Source: a virus | Taxonomy: Duplodnaviria; Heunggongvirae; Uroviricota; Caudoviricetes | IMG/VR virus record: IMGVR_UViG_3300042940_001755 | DNA: 64,000 bases | Strand: one strand, 5' to 3' | Shown: positions 1 to 8,400 of the stretch, one piece after another | Numbering within the stretch: position 1 is the stretch's first letter | How the letters are laid out: every line of letters begins with the position of its first letter | Translations under genes and position numbers: made by a program | Notes under the pieces: model-generated | Seen by the model: the letters and a program-made list of their open reading frames with translations, nothing else | Databases searched by the model: none | Told to the model about the DNA's origin: nothing

Positions 1-322
1 AAGCTCCTTTATAGATACTTTAAAGTACTTTAATAGTATATTGTAATAATTATTATCATAATTTCCATTATGGCCTTTAATGACCTTTAAAGTACCATAA
101 TAGTCTTTAAAGGCCTTTAACACCCATTATGGTTCTTTAAAGCTTCTTTTCAGTCTCTTTAAAGCTCCTTTATAGATACTTTAAAGTACTTTAATAGTAT
201 ATTGTAATAATTATTATCATAATTTCCATTATGGCCTTTAATGACCTTTAAAGTACCATAATAGTCTTTAAAGGCCTTTAACACCCATAATGGTTCTTTA
301 AAGTCAACTTTTCAGCCCTTTA
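1..322. repeat. Two tandem ~161-bp direct repeat units (1-161 and 162-322), degenerating to ~400. Each unit has ~5 palindromic CTTTAAAG octamers, CTTTAA half-sites and CCATTATGG motifs. The array runs off the left edge of the window.
   Basis: Unit 1-161 is repeated almost exactly at 162-322 (e.g. cccattatgg vs cccataatgg). CTTTAAAG is its own reverse complement. No ORF. Confidence 0.85.
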
Positions 323-1025
323 AAGATTTCCATAATAATAATTATTATAGATTTCCTAAAGGGCTTTTCAGAATCTTTAAAGAGGCTCTGGCGAGGGCGA
401 TGCCCGACCTATTCGAGGTGTGGTCTCGAAGATAGGCGCTGGTCTAGTAGTCAATAACTGACCTTAATCATTACTCTCCACCTATCTGTAAAGATCTGGC
501 GGGGGTCACTTGACAGCTTAGTCAAGAGTAATGATGAAGATTAACTATTGGGAGGGTGCTTCCTCGCCTAAAGGCACATTGCTGTACTTTTATTCTTTGT
601 GTTACTCTCATTTAGACTCGCTCATATGAAAGTTATACTCAAAGCTATCAACTGCACAATCCACATCGCTTCTGGTGGTGATACCAAAATTGATTATATC
701 GCCAATGAGGGTTGACTTCATAGGTTGCCCCTATGCCGTGATGGTATCTCTCCACCTACTCATTTGTTTGATTGCAGCAATAACAGTCTGATTAGGACTG
801 ATACACCTTAACGCAACCTACGATACCCATACCTTCTCGCTCTTCTCGAGCCTTTCTTTCGACTAGCGGGGTTGCTTGCGCTCCCCCAACCACATACTGT
901 CGCCCTCAATAAGGGTCGATATCCTAGTCTACTCAATCTCTCATCCCTTAGGCCGATTCAAGCCTAGGATAAGAGATACATAAGGGGTCTGCCGCGAATT
1001 ACTCCGCGTTTTGTGACCCATCATT

Positions 1026-1250
1026 ATGCAGGCGCACCGTTTCGCCGCCGCCACACCCGCCGCCGCCCGTTCTGCCCACCGCGCTGGCCCGACACGCCAC
1101 GCGCCGCGAAATTTTGACTCGCGCCCAGCCCCAGTTTCGTGCCACACGCGGCCAGTTTCGCGCCCCCCGCCAGCCCATGCGCCGCAAGGCCTCCGGGACT
1201 TTCCAGTGCTGGCGAGACCTGGCGCTCGTTACCTCGCGAGACCTGCGGAG
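1026..1250. repeat. GC-rich island 1 (~70% GC), member of a dispersed family (cgccgccgc ... gcgaaatt(t)tgact.cgcgc core)
   Basis: Local GC far above flanking sequence. Shares the core ccgacacg..cgccgccgcgaaatt..gac..cgcg with islands at 8268, 33395 and 50745. The ORFs that overlap it (941..1187, 1026..1442) are just translations of the repeat. Confidence 0.65.
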
Positions 1251-1330
1251 GGTAAGGTTTGGCTTACTGAGGGTAAGGTTTGGCTTACTGAGGGTAAGGT
1301 TTGGCTTACTGAGGGTAAGGTTTGGCTTAC
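1247..1330. repeat. 4 x 21-bp perfect tandem repeat GAGGGTAAGGTTTGGCTTACT; each unit holds a small inverted repeat (GTAAG..CTTAC)
   Basis: Read directly; it sits immediately 3' of the stop codon of CDS 1330..1671. Confidence 0.9.
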
Positions 1331-1671
1331 TAGATGTCTAAGTTTAAGGCATTATGGACAGCTCTGCTCGCCAAGGCATCTGCCTGCGCTTGGAGCTTCC
1401 CCTCTAGCATCTTCTCATGCTCTAGCTCCCATGCCCAATTAGTAGTATGAACTGTAATATGCTCAAATGGTTCCTTTGTCCGACCTCTGGCGTATAACTT
1501 TAGAGGTGGCTGGCTAGTGATAATCCTGATTGCCTCTTCACGTATCTTCTTCTTACTGGGAAGGTATTTATAGCCAGTGAGTATTCCGCTATCACTTCCT
1601 CCCGCCCATGCAGCGCCCCATGCAGCTACCCCTTGCTCTACTTTAACTCCTATATACACTGTCTTCATCAT
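1330..1671 (-). CDS. hypothetical protein (113 aa); start moved to MMKTVYIG
   Basis: The ORF track N-terminus (ATYFFFVRE) is a translation of the terminator A-run. An ATGATG at 1666-1671 is preceded by GGAGAGGAAG. Confidence 0.5.
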   Translation of the reverse strand: MMKTVYIGVKVEQGVAAWGAAWAGGSDSGILTGYKYLPSKKKIREEAIRIITSQPPLKLYARGRTKEPFEHITVHTTNWAWELEHEKMLEGKLQAQADALASRAVHNALNLDI

Positions 1672-1684
1672 CTTCCTCTCCCTC

Positions 1685-1738
1685 ACAAAAAAAAAATAGG
1701 TAGCAGGCACCCTCCGAAGAGAGCACCTGCCGGTAACT
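1685..1738 (-). terminator. Intrinsic terminator T1: GC-rich stem-loop followed by CCTATTTTTTTTTT on the minus strand
   Basis: rc reads GGCAGGTGCTCTCTTCGGAGGGTGCCTGC TACCTATTTTTTTTTTG. The architecture and tail are shared with 4688, 12978 and 44944. Confidence 0.7.
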
Positions 1739-1971
1739 GTTAATGTCTCACTGCTAGCGAGGCACGAGCCCCTTCAAAGAGCAATTCAGGCCTGACCCGC
1801 TTGTACTCAGCTCTGTCAGCTTCACTTTAGTACCAGCAACAAATTCTGCATCAAAGGAGTAGCGCTCGCTCACGCTCCCACATAAACACCCTGCCATTGT
1901 TATCTACTACTGACAAAGAACAATCACCACATTCCTCGATAGCTGACATGATATTCTTCAAGAGCACCATC

Positions 1972-2436
1972 TTACAACCCCTGCGCTAAAACATCGGCGA
2001 AGCTTCTAGCTGACTTCGAAGCTCTTTTATCGACCAACTCATTTCCCTCAATACCTGAATGGCCTTTGACCCACACCCACTCAATATCATGAGGAGCATG
2101 CGCGATATGCAGTCTCTCCCACAAATCAGCATTCTTGACAGGTTTCCCGTTAGCCAATTTCCAACCCTTAGCTTGCCACCCTGCTAGCCATTTAGTAAAG
2201 CCTTCAAGCACATACTTCGAATCTGTATACAACTTACGCACCACACCATCCTCTAGCGGCAATCGTTCTAAGGCGTCAATCACTGCCATCAACTCCATGC
2301 GATTGTTTGTCGTATGGTAGTCGCCACCACTGCCGAAACATACCTTTACATCACCTCTCATGAAGTCCCACGCCCATCCGCCAGGCCCTGGATTACCTAA
2401 ACAAGCACCGTCTGTGTATATCTCTGTTACCATCAT
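1972..2436 (-). CDS. rnhA: Ribonuclease HI
   Basis: IYTDGACLGNPGPGGWA .. TNNRMEL .. YTDSKYV .. VKGHSG..NE..D motifs of the RNase H fold. Confidence 0.85.
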   Translation of the reverse strand: MMVTEIYTDGACLGNPGPGGWAWDFMRGDVKVCFGSGGDYHTTNNRMELMAVIDALERLPLEDGVVRKLYTDSKYVLEGFTKWLAGWQAKGWKLANGKPVKNADLWERLHIAHAPHDIEWVWVKGHSGIEGNELVDKRASKSARSFADVLAQGL

Positions 2437-2666
2437 AAAATTGCCTCTATTGCTGCTACAAGTTTGGAAATTTCCTCAAAGGATAATCCTCGAGGAGTAA
2501 TTACTGAAAAGTCTAAATGGAAACAGCTCTCTCCCTTGTAAGGGGCTATTCGCTGGAGAGGTTCGACAATCAACACTCTGCCATTACTGCCACTGGGAAC
2601 ATCTATCTTTACCATATTAAGACATCCTGAAATTGTTAATAACTGCTTGCTTGAACGCCAACCCAC
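2433..2666 (-). CDS. hypothetical protein (77 aa)
   Basis: Co-oriented ORF whose end overlaps its neighbour (translational coupling). Confidence 0.4.
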   Translation of the reverse strand: MGWRSSKQLLTISGCLNMVKIDVPSGSNGRVLIVEPLQRIAPYKGESCFHLDFSVITPRGLSFEEISKLVAAIEAIL

Positions 2667-2901
2667 TCAACGAATCTGAAGTGGGGTAGCCGCATACTTC
2701 CACCCTGTTGGCACTAACGAAATACACAATCGTACCATCAGCACACTGCCACGATCTCTTATCAGGAGATAGTTCCCAGTCAAAACGACGAGTAGCCAGC
2801 TCGAACATCAGTTCTTCTTCTGACAAAGGAGGTACTCTTGAATACCACCAATACATCAAGATTAATGTCAACACAACAGCCAAGAAATAACTCATAATCA
2901 C
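2617..2901 (-). CDS. hypothetical membrane protein (94 aa, N-terminal TM helix)
   Basis: Hydrophobic N-terminus FLAVVLTLILMYWWY. Confidence 0.4.
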   Translation of the reverse strand: MIMSYFLAVVLTLILMYWWYSRVPPLSEEELMFELATRRFDWELSPDKRSWQCADGTIVYFVSANRVEVCGYPTSDSLSGLAFKQAVINNFRMS

Positions 2902-3281
2902 ACCTCGTACACATAGAGAGAATTCTGAGCGTCTACCGTAACTAGACGCGTTCTACTCTCGGTCCATCCAACAAACCGAAGAGGTCCTACAGTTCCCGGA
3001 AGGATCTCTAAAGCCGCTGGAAGCACTTGAGGATTCTGGCTATTTCCCCAAGCGCTAAATAACGCTTCAATGTTAGAGCGACCTTCTTCTAAATTAGAAG
3101 ACCCGATCAATGCACGATTTGGACTCACAATCAACCGCGTCTTAGCTCTTAATTGCCCTTCCTCATTACGAGTTACAAGCTGACATTCTGCCACATAGCA
3201 GAGGCCTGAAGGTAGCTGTTCTCTCTTCATTTCCCATGCCATGCTGTTTGCTACTGCTACTGTTAACGCTTCCAAAAACAT
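2898..3281 (-). CDS. hypothetical protein (127 aa)
   Basis: Co-oriented ORF tightly packed with neighbours. Confidence 0.45.
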   Translation of the reverse strand: MFLEALTVAVANSMAWEMKREQLPSGLCYVAECQLVTRNEEGQLRAKTRLIVSPNRALIGSSNLEEGRSNIEALFSAWGNSQNPQVLPAALEILPGTVGPLRFVGWTESRTRLVTVDAQNSLYVYEV

Positions 3282-3283
3282 TA

Positions 3284-4201
3284 CTATTCCTCGCCTTTAA
3301 GTAATTTAACAACACCGATATGCGACAGCTTAGCACCTGGTACAGATAGCGGCCAAGTAGTCACTTTAATATTTAGAACTTTCAAGAATACATCAGAATC
3401 TCCTCTCACCTCATAGTCCCTTTTAAGGCAATCCACACTATAATCACAGTGGAACAGTCCTAGGTTACTGAGCGCCAAATTGTTAGGATTCAAATCAATG
3501 AAGCCTACGTACATAAGAGGAGGGACTCTGCCATTGACGGAGATATAACATGTCGTTGCAATATCGTAATAGTAGCCGCCGCTTCTTTCACGTACTACAG
3601 GACGCTTATTAGTCATGTCTCTGACCCCATAGACTGAGATGTACGGTCTGCGTGAGAACAGCACACCTGTTTCTTCGTCATAATGGAACCACTCATTAAA
3701 CTTAGTAAGACTAAGAGGAGTTAGCCCTCCTGGCATGGCATTAACCGGCAATCTGTAGTCATAGAAATTACGCGCTAACGTCAACTCTAAATTACATAGC
3801 CGATTGTCGTTGACATCTCTGAAGCCCTGAGGGCCTACTTTATGGCGTACCCAATAATTAGCAGGGATTTGCCCGTTATGCTCTGTCCAGATAGCAGAGG
3901 CAACATCTAACAATAAATCTGTATAGGTCAGATATGTAGCTCTCTTGGACTCTCTGTAGTCCTCCTCGTCTACCACGCCTGGAAGTGTCTTTACTATTCT
4001 TACTTCTTCAGTCCAGTAGCGAGGATTCTGAATCCATCTTGGCGTTGTCTTGGGCGCAGTAGGAAATACAATGAGACCGTCCTCATCTTTGACCACGCCA
4101 TTTCTTAACTTCTTTGCAACCCCGACTGCGACTGCGTAACTCTTGTATCTAACATTCTGTTCACCGCCGTGGATTTCTCCTGTCACAAAATACATGCTCA
4201 T
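3284..4201 (-). CDS. Putative HNH (HNH_3-like, His-Me finger) endonuclease-domain protein, possibly a free-standing homing endonuclease
   Basis: VRHKVGPQGFRDVNDNRLCNLELT matches the H..(N/D)..DN..NLEL pattern of the HNH_3 family. The remaining ~150 aa are unassigned. Confidence 0.35.
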   Translation of the reverse strand: MSMYFVTGEIHGGEQNVRYKSYAVAVGVAKKLRNGVVKDEDGLIVFPTAPKTTPRWIQNPRYWTEEVRIVKTLPGVVDEEDYRESKRATYLTYTDLLLDVASAIWTEHNGQIPANYWVRHKVGPQGFRDVNDNRLCNLELTLARNFYDYRLPVNAMPGGLTPLSLTKFNEWFHYDEETGVLFSRRPYISVYGVRDMTNKRPVVRERSGGYYYDIATTCYISVNGRVPPLMYVGFIDLNPNNLALSNLGLFHCDYSVDCLKRDYEVRGDSDVFLKVLNIKVTTWPLSVPGAKLSHIGVVKLLKGEE

Positions 4202-4473
4202 CTCCGAGGTAGTCTAGATAATGGAATTACAGTGTTGTTCGTAATGGGCGCGTAAGAATACGGTTCGCCTGGAGGATGCATATGCAACCGGCCATGAGAG
4301 TCATATTGCTGAATCCACGATGGACCATTTTGGTAATTGCTACTTGTCGCAGTATGCCTACCAGATGCTGCGAATTTGCGAACACCACACTCATCGGTAT
4401 AGAAGCCTTCATGCGGCTGTTGCCCTATTGTACAGCAACCTGTCAAGGTTAACGCTGCTAATAAAATCTTCAT
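4198..4473 (-). CDS. Small lipoprotein (signal peptide MKILLAALTLTGC with lipobox LTGC)
   Basis: Internal Met followed by a classic SPII signal and lipobox. The upstream in-frame extension lacks an RBS. Confidence 0.5.
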   Translation of the reverse strand: MKILLAALTLTGCCTIGQQPHEGFYTDECGVRKFAASGRHTATSSNYQNGPSWIQQYDSHGRLHMHPPGEPYSYAPITNNTVIPLSRLPRR

Positions 4474-4687
4474 AGTATTGTCTCCTAAGGAAATATTACT
4501 GTATTGGTAATGCTGTCCCAAACTTCCGCTTGGGTTAATTGTCGCGCCAGCCTTAGAGCTGCATGCCGCTTAATGAAAGATACACACACTGCTACGCCCT
4601 GACAATCTGAACCCCTTGCCACATACCTTCTCGGTGCCCACTTCGTCCGAGGATCAACCACGGTAATTAACGTGCCCATACTTGCTC

Positions 4688-4738
4688 ACAAAAAAAAAAA
4701 ATAGGAAGGAGAGGACTGCCGTAATGACAGCCCTCCGG
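4688..4738 (-). terminator. Intrinsic terminator T2
   Basis: rc reads GGAGGGCTGTCATTACGGCAGTCCTCTCC TTCCTATTTTTTTTTTTTG. Confidence 0.7.
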
Positions 4739-4746
4739 TTAAAGAA

Positions 4747-4971
4747 CTACTCGCCAGTGAGACAGAGATTGACGATTGATTGCGCGTCTTTCTCAACACG
4801 CATGCAGGCCACAGCCTCCTTCAACTCAGCTAACACCCTGCTTAGCTCTGCATCGAGCTCCACAATGCGCTCAAACACTGGATCAGAGACTTCATTGCAT
4901 TCCACATCCAGCACTCGCACATCTACATTGACACGAATACAAACATTGTAATACATTTGCTGTTCTCCCAT
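4747..4971 (-). CDS. hypothetical acidic protein (74 aa)
   Basis: Co-oriented ORF. Confidence 0.4.
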   Translation of the reverse strand: MGEQQMYYNVCIRVNVDVRVLDVECNEVSDPVFERIVELDAELSRVLAELKEAVACMRVEKDAQSIVNLCLTGE

Positions 4972-4972
4972 A

Positions 4973-5554
4973 TTAGAACCCCTTTACGAATTCTTCAACA
5001 GTACCGTCAGCTACAGCTGCTTTATACAAAGCATACTTAGCGCGGCAAGCATTACCATGAGCGGCTGAGATTTCTTTAGCTGCCTTACAATCTGCCAAGT
5101 ACAGATCTCTACCAGCAGCTGCGGCTTCGTTCAATTTAGGCTTCACAGCCTCTTTAATTGCTTCGTAATTGGCAGTTACAAACACAGCTAAATCTTCATC
5201 ACCTTTCGCCAATTCTTTAACACCTGACGCAATCTTCGCAGCCAATTCAGCTGTAGAAAGCTTCGGCATTGCGATAGAAATACGGTCGGCATTGGCGATG
5301 AACCACGCGTCACCTGTAGCAGCTAAATGGTCCGCTAGCTCTTTCTTGACAGCAGCTGCATCGCTCTTAGTAATGCCCATAAGCGCAGTACGGTTGTCTA
5401 GAATCCAAGCAGTGATCTCTGCGTTGTCTTTGGTGATGATGTCTACCGCTGGCTTCAATTCAATTGCTGCTTGGGCCGCTGAGTGAGCTTTGGTAGCTTC
5501 AGCCATTGTAGAGAATTCAGTCATAACGCCGTTGATTTCGATTTTAATGCTCAT
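4973..5554 (-). CDS. Hypothetical Ala-rich protein, paralog family member 1 (start MSIKIEING)
   Basis: ~70% identical to CDS 7574..8155, including the identical C-terminus GNACR.KYALYKAAVADGTVEEFVKGF. A class A motif lies 60-80 bp upstream. Confidence 0.6.
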   Translation of the reverse strand: MSIKIEINGVMTEFSTMAEATKAHSAAQAAIELKPAVDIITKDNAEITAWILDNRTALMGITKSDAAAVKKELADHLAATGDAWFIANADRISIAMPKLSTAELAAKIASGVKELAKGDEDLAVFVTANYEAIKEAVKPKLNEAAAAGRDLYLADCKAAKEISAAHGNACRAKYALYKAAVADGTVEEFVKGF

Positions 5555-5609
5555 TGTAACACTCCTAAGGATTTGCGAGGAACGAGTCCCCATTAAATAA
5601 AGTTATGAG

Positions 5610-5632
5610 CAGTTGAAAGGCATGCTCAGGCC
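5610..5632 (-). promoter_or_regulatory. Class A conserved 23-bp upstream motif (sense GGCCTGAGCATGCCTTTCAACTG), candidate phage promoter
   Basis: One of six copies of the consensus GRCCTGRnCATGyCnyTnAACTG, each 25-85 nt upstream of a minus-strand start codon. Confidence 0.5.
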
Positions 5633-5643
5633 TTAACACAATA

Positions 5644-5829
5644 CTACGCGGGGGCACCCACTAAATTGAAGAACTTGATAAGTCTATCATAGTCCTCTTT
5701 CAACTCGATCGGACAATTGTCAGTCCCCACGAATTCCCAATCGGTCAATTTATTGACCTTCACAGTTTCGATCAGGACCAGCACGCTACCACTAAGACAC
5801 ACGATGGATAGCTCGAAGTCGCTGGTCAT
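5644..5829 (-). CDS. hypothetical protein (61 aa)
   Basis: Co-oriented ORF. Confidence 0.35.
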   Translation of the reverse strand: MTSDFELSIVCLSGSVLVLIETVKVNKLTDWEFVGTDNCPIELKEDYDRLIKFFNLVGAPA

Positions 5830-6161
5830 AATACAAGACTCCCGTACTCCTCTAGCCTGTCACTTAACATGTTCAGATTAAAGTCGTTGTCGTCTAGCTT
5901 CCACAAATAACGTACAAGTGGGCCGAGACCTTTACAATCATTCCAGCAGTACATCCAGTTGTCACCAATCCGGATGCGAGTGTCTGCTGTATTCAACATC
6001 TCGACAGACTCAATGTAGTCATCTGTTTCGAATTCTTCATAGTCGAAGGGCCCGTGCATGCGGAGCTCTTTGTCAGCCGCAGATGTAATTGACAATGTAA
6101 CGATTAGCGCTGCCATCTTAGTATCCTCCTTCGGATTTGTAAGACAAATCAAATGAACCAT
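5826..6161 (-). CDS. hypothetical protein (111 aa)
   Basis: Co-oriented ORF with overlapping stop and start. Confidence 0.45.
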   Translation of the reverse strand: MVHLICLTNPKEDTKMAALIVTLSITSAADKELRMHGPFDYEEFETDDYIESVEMLNTADTRIRIGDNWMYCWNDCKGLGPLVRYLWKLDDNDFNLNMLSDRLEEYGSLVL

Positions 6162-6774
6162 TCACTGTGTATCTCAACGCCCACTCGGACGCTTGACCTT
6201 CGTAATGGCGGCTGTGAACTAGCATTTCTGTTTGTTCAATAGCGCGGATCATGTCTTCCGATAAAGGAATGTCCATGTTTCTCCCCCACCATTCTTTCAC
6301 GTTGACCATCTTAGTAAGCGCAGCTACTTCAGAGTTAATGAACTTGGCTAAAGCGACTACTTCAGGATTCGCCGCATGTTCTGCAGAGAGGTATGTTCGG
6401 CTCGATAAGCTCAGATGGTCTACGTCTTCTAATATAACCCCAGCTTCTTCTAAGAAGTTGTTGAGAGGCCATTCAGCAGGACCATCTCCTGGCACCTTGA
6501 AGCCAGCCAACAAGGCAAATTCCAAGTCCCAAGGAACGGTCATGCTGAAGCTAACATCTTCAGCCTTAGGAAACCAGCCACCCCACTCCTTGTAACCGAA
6601 TCCAAATCCAGAGTGCTCACCGTACAGCGCCACTAACAGCTCAATCACATCACCCTGCAAGTAGCCTGGAACAGTTGCGAAGTTATCCTGAGTGATTACA
6701 ACACCTCTGTCTATACGGCGATCAGAAGGCATTGCTGCGATGATGTCATCTAATAATACGATATCGATACTCAT
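6118..6774 (-). CDS. hypothetical protein (218 aa)
   Basis: Co-oriented ORF. Confidence 0.5.
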   Translation of the reverse strand: MSIDIVLLDDIIAAMPSDRRIDRGVVITQDNFATVPGYLQGDVIELLVALYGEHSGFGFGYKEWGGWFPKAEDVSFSMTVPWDLEFALLAGFKVPGDGPAEWPLNNFLEEAGVILEDVDHLSLSSRTYLSAEHAANPEVVALAKFINSEVAALTKMVNVKEWWGRNMDIPLSEDMIRAIEQTEMLVHSRHYEGQASEWALRYTVNGSFDLSYKSEGGY

Positions 6775-7202
6775 TTTGAAACTCCTAGGTGGTTGTTAAG
6801 TGCTTTAGGCAATCGTGTAATTCTCGCAAAACAGTCAGGATCGTCAGCTTCAACATCTCCAATGTTCTCAATGTAGACGTCTACACAATACGCCAAGTCA
6901 TTGAACTGTTCAGGTGTCAAGTCTGTCAAAGAGAAGACAGTCTCAACATAAGCTGGCTCTTCCTTCTCGTAGATGCCAGGAAGCTTAGCAGGATACTCTG
7001 TGGCAAGACCTTTCAACTTGTCAAGCAGATTGTCTAGAGTGTCCACAAACTCCGCTGAGTAAGATTCCTCTTTCTCGGTGTACGCTAAATCAAACGCCAT
7101 TTCCGCTGCGTAAGCCATCATGTTGAGCTCTAACGCTGTGAATGTAGTTACCATTCTAATTCTCCTAGTTGATTGCCACGATGTTGACATAGTACTTCGC
7201 AT
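6771..7202 (-). CDS. hypothetical acidic protein (143 aa)
   Basis: Co-oriented ORF. Confidence 0.5.
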   Translation of the reverse strand: MRSTMSTSWQSTRRIRMVTTFTALELNMMAYAAEMAFDLAYTEKEESYSAEFVDTLDNLLDKLKGLATEYPAKLPGIYEKEEPAYVETVFSLTDLTPEQFNDLAYCVDVYIENIGDVEADDPDCFARITRLPKALNNHLGVSK

Positions 7203-7488
7203 CCAGATTGTCTAGCAGCGTAGGTGGGAGCAACAGCTCAATGCAACATTCGTTACAGGAATAACTTGTCACATCTGATACACGGATGTCTTCAACATGT
7301 TGCCCTTCGCACCACTGCTCCGCTCTTTCTGCGGCGGTAGTAAGCGCGAACTCCCAATCGGTCAAGGGACTGCCCATGTAAGTGTCTACAACAGCGCTGC
7401 AATATCTCGTAGTATACAAGACATGTGCCATGTATTTAGTTCCGATAGTTGCGTTGCGTACTGCGTCTTTGATAGCTTGCTCAATCAT
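7165..7488 (-). CDS. hypothetical protein (107 aa)
   Basis: Co-oriented ORF. Confidence 0.45.
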   Translation of the reverse strand: MIEQAIKDAVRNATIGTKYMAHVLYTTRYCSAVVDTYMGSPLTDWEFALTTAAERAEQWCEGQHVEDIRVSDVTSYSCNECCIELLLPPTLLDNLDAKYYVNIVAIN

Positions 7489-7518
7489 TTTGAATCTCCA
7501 CTAGTTAATTAAATACTA

Positions 7519-7555
7519 CGTTAAACGTTTAACCCCCGCAATCCATTATGGACTA
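7519..7555. other. Perfect 10-bp-stem hairpin TTAACCCCCG-(17 nt loop containing CCATTATGG)-CGGGGGTTAA in the intergenic region
   Basis: Read directly; the loop motif CCATTATGG also recurs in the left-end repeats. Confidence 0.5.
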
Positions 7556-7573
7556 CGGGGGTTAATTTGCTTC

Positions 7574-8155
7574 TTAGAAGCCTTTTACGAATTCTTCAAC
7601 AGTACCGTCAGCAACAGCTGCTTTATACAAAGCATATTTTGAACGGCAAGCATTGCCATGAGCTGCACTGATTTCTTTAGCTGCTTTAACGTCAGCTAAG
7701 TACAAGTCACGACCTGTTGTAGCTGCTTCGTTCAATTTAGGCTTCACAGCCTCACGAATTGCTTCATAATTGGTTGTAACAAACGCAGCAACTTCTGGAT
7801 TGCCAGAAGCTAAAGTTTGAATACCGGCAGCAACCTTAACAGCTAATTCAGTTGCAGTTGGTTTAGCTACAGCGATTGAAATGCGTTCTGCATTAGCAAT
7901 CAACCAAGCATCGCCTGAAGCAGCGATATGGTCAGCTAATTCTTTCTTAGCTGTTGATGTATCAACTTTGGTTAAACCAACTAAAGCAATACGGTTGTCA
8001 ATGATCCACTGGCTTAAAGCTTCGTTGTTGTTAGTCAATACGTTGACAGCAGGTAACAATTCGATAGACGCAGTGTAAGCAGAATGAGCTTTAGTTGCTT
8101 CTGCCATTGTGTTGAACTCTACCATTTCGCCATTGATTTCGATTTTAATGCTCAT
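7574..8155 (-). CDS. Hypothetical Ala-rich protein, paralog family member 2
   Basis: Paralog of 4973..5554 (same N-terminus MSIKIEING and same C-terminus). Confidence 0.65.
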   Translation of the reverse strand: MSIKIEINGEMVEFNTMAEATKAHSAYTASIELLPAVNVLTNNNEALSQWIIDNRIALVGLTKVDTSTAKKELADHIAASGDAWLIANAERISIAVAKPTATELAVKVAAGIQTLASGNPEVAAFVTTNYEAIREAVKPKLNEAATTGRDLYLADVKAAKEISAAHGNACRSKYALYKAAVADGTVEEFVKGF

Positions 8156-8267
8156 TGTAACACTCCTAAAGGATTTGGCTTTCGCCGTTTAAATAAAATT
8201 AGTTAAGATAAGTTATAGGGAGTTCAACCCCGAACACGTCAAATCCACGTCTGACGCGCTCCTATCA

Positions 8268-8400
8268 TTATGTATCGACAGCGAGGGCGCACGCCACCGC
8301 CGCCGCACACATTTCTAGCCGCCCCCGCGCCCCGACACGGCACGAACACGCCGCCGCCGCGAAATTCGCAGACGCGGGAGAGGACTTACGCGGTTACTGA
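8268..8400. repeat. GC-rich island 2
   Basis: Contains ccgacacggcacgaacacgccgccgccgcgaaattcgcagacgcgg; same family as 1026, 33395 and 50745. Confidence 0.65.

Noticed and set aside
400-1020. - Searched the left-end non-coding region for a tRNA or other canonical RNA gene.
   Set aside because: - Several local inverted repeats exist, but no cloverleaf with a T-loop GTTCRANYC box or anticodon stem could be assembled.
- It is left as structured non-coding DNA.
1026-1442. - Plus-strand ORFs 1026..1442 and 1114..1341, and minus-strand ORFs 941..1147 and 999..1187, lie in the GC-rich region.
   Set aside because: - They are translations of GC-rich island 1 and the 21-bp tandem repeat, which gives repetitive peptides such as GKVWLTE x4.
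- Similar artefactual ORFs sit over islands 2-4.
- They have no RBS and no coding periodicity.
4682-4951. - Plus-strand ORF starting MLTKKKNRKE.
   Set aside because: - It starts inside the poly-A side of terminator T2 (KKK comes from the A-run).
- It is antisense to a minus-strand gene.
- All credible genes in the window are minus-strand.
4973-5593. - Long ORF-track N-terminal extensions on several genes (e.g. 4973..5593, 10018..10686, 46802..47143, 49988..50527, 50542..50889).
   Set aside because: - The extensions run through promoter motifs, terminators or GC islands and lack an RBS.
- Internal ATGs with good AGGAG-type RBSs were used instead.
5610-5632. - Considered the class A motif as a host sigma70 promoter.
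   Set aside because: - No TTGACA/TATAAT pair with 16-18 bp spacing fits.
- In four copies the motif ends ~25 nt before the ATG, leaving no room for a -10 element plus leader.
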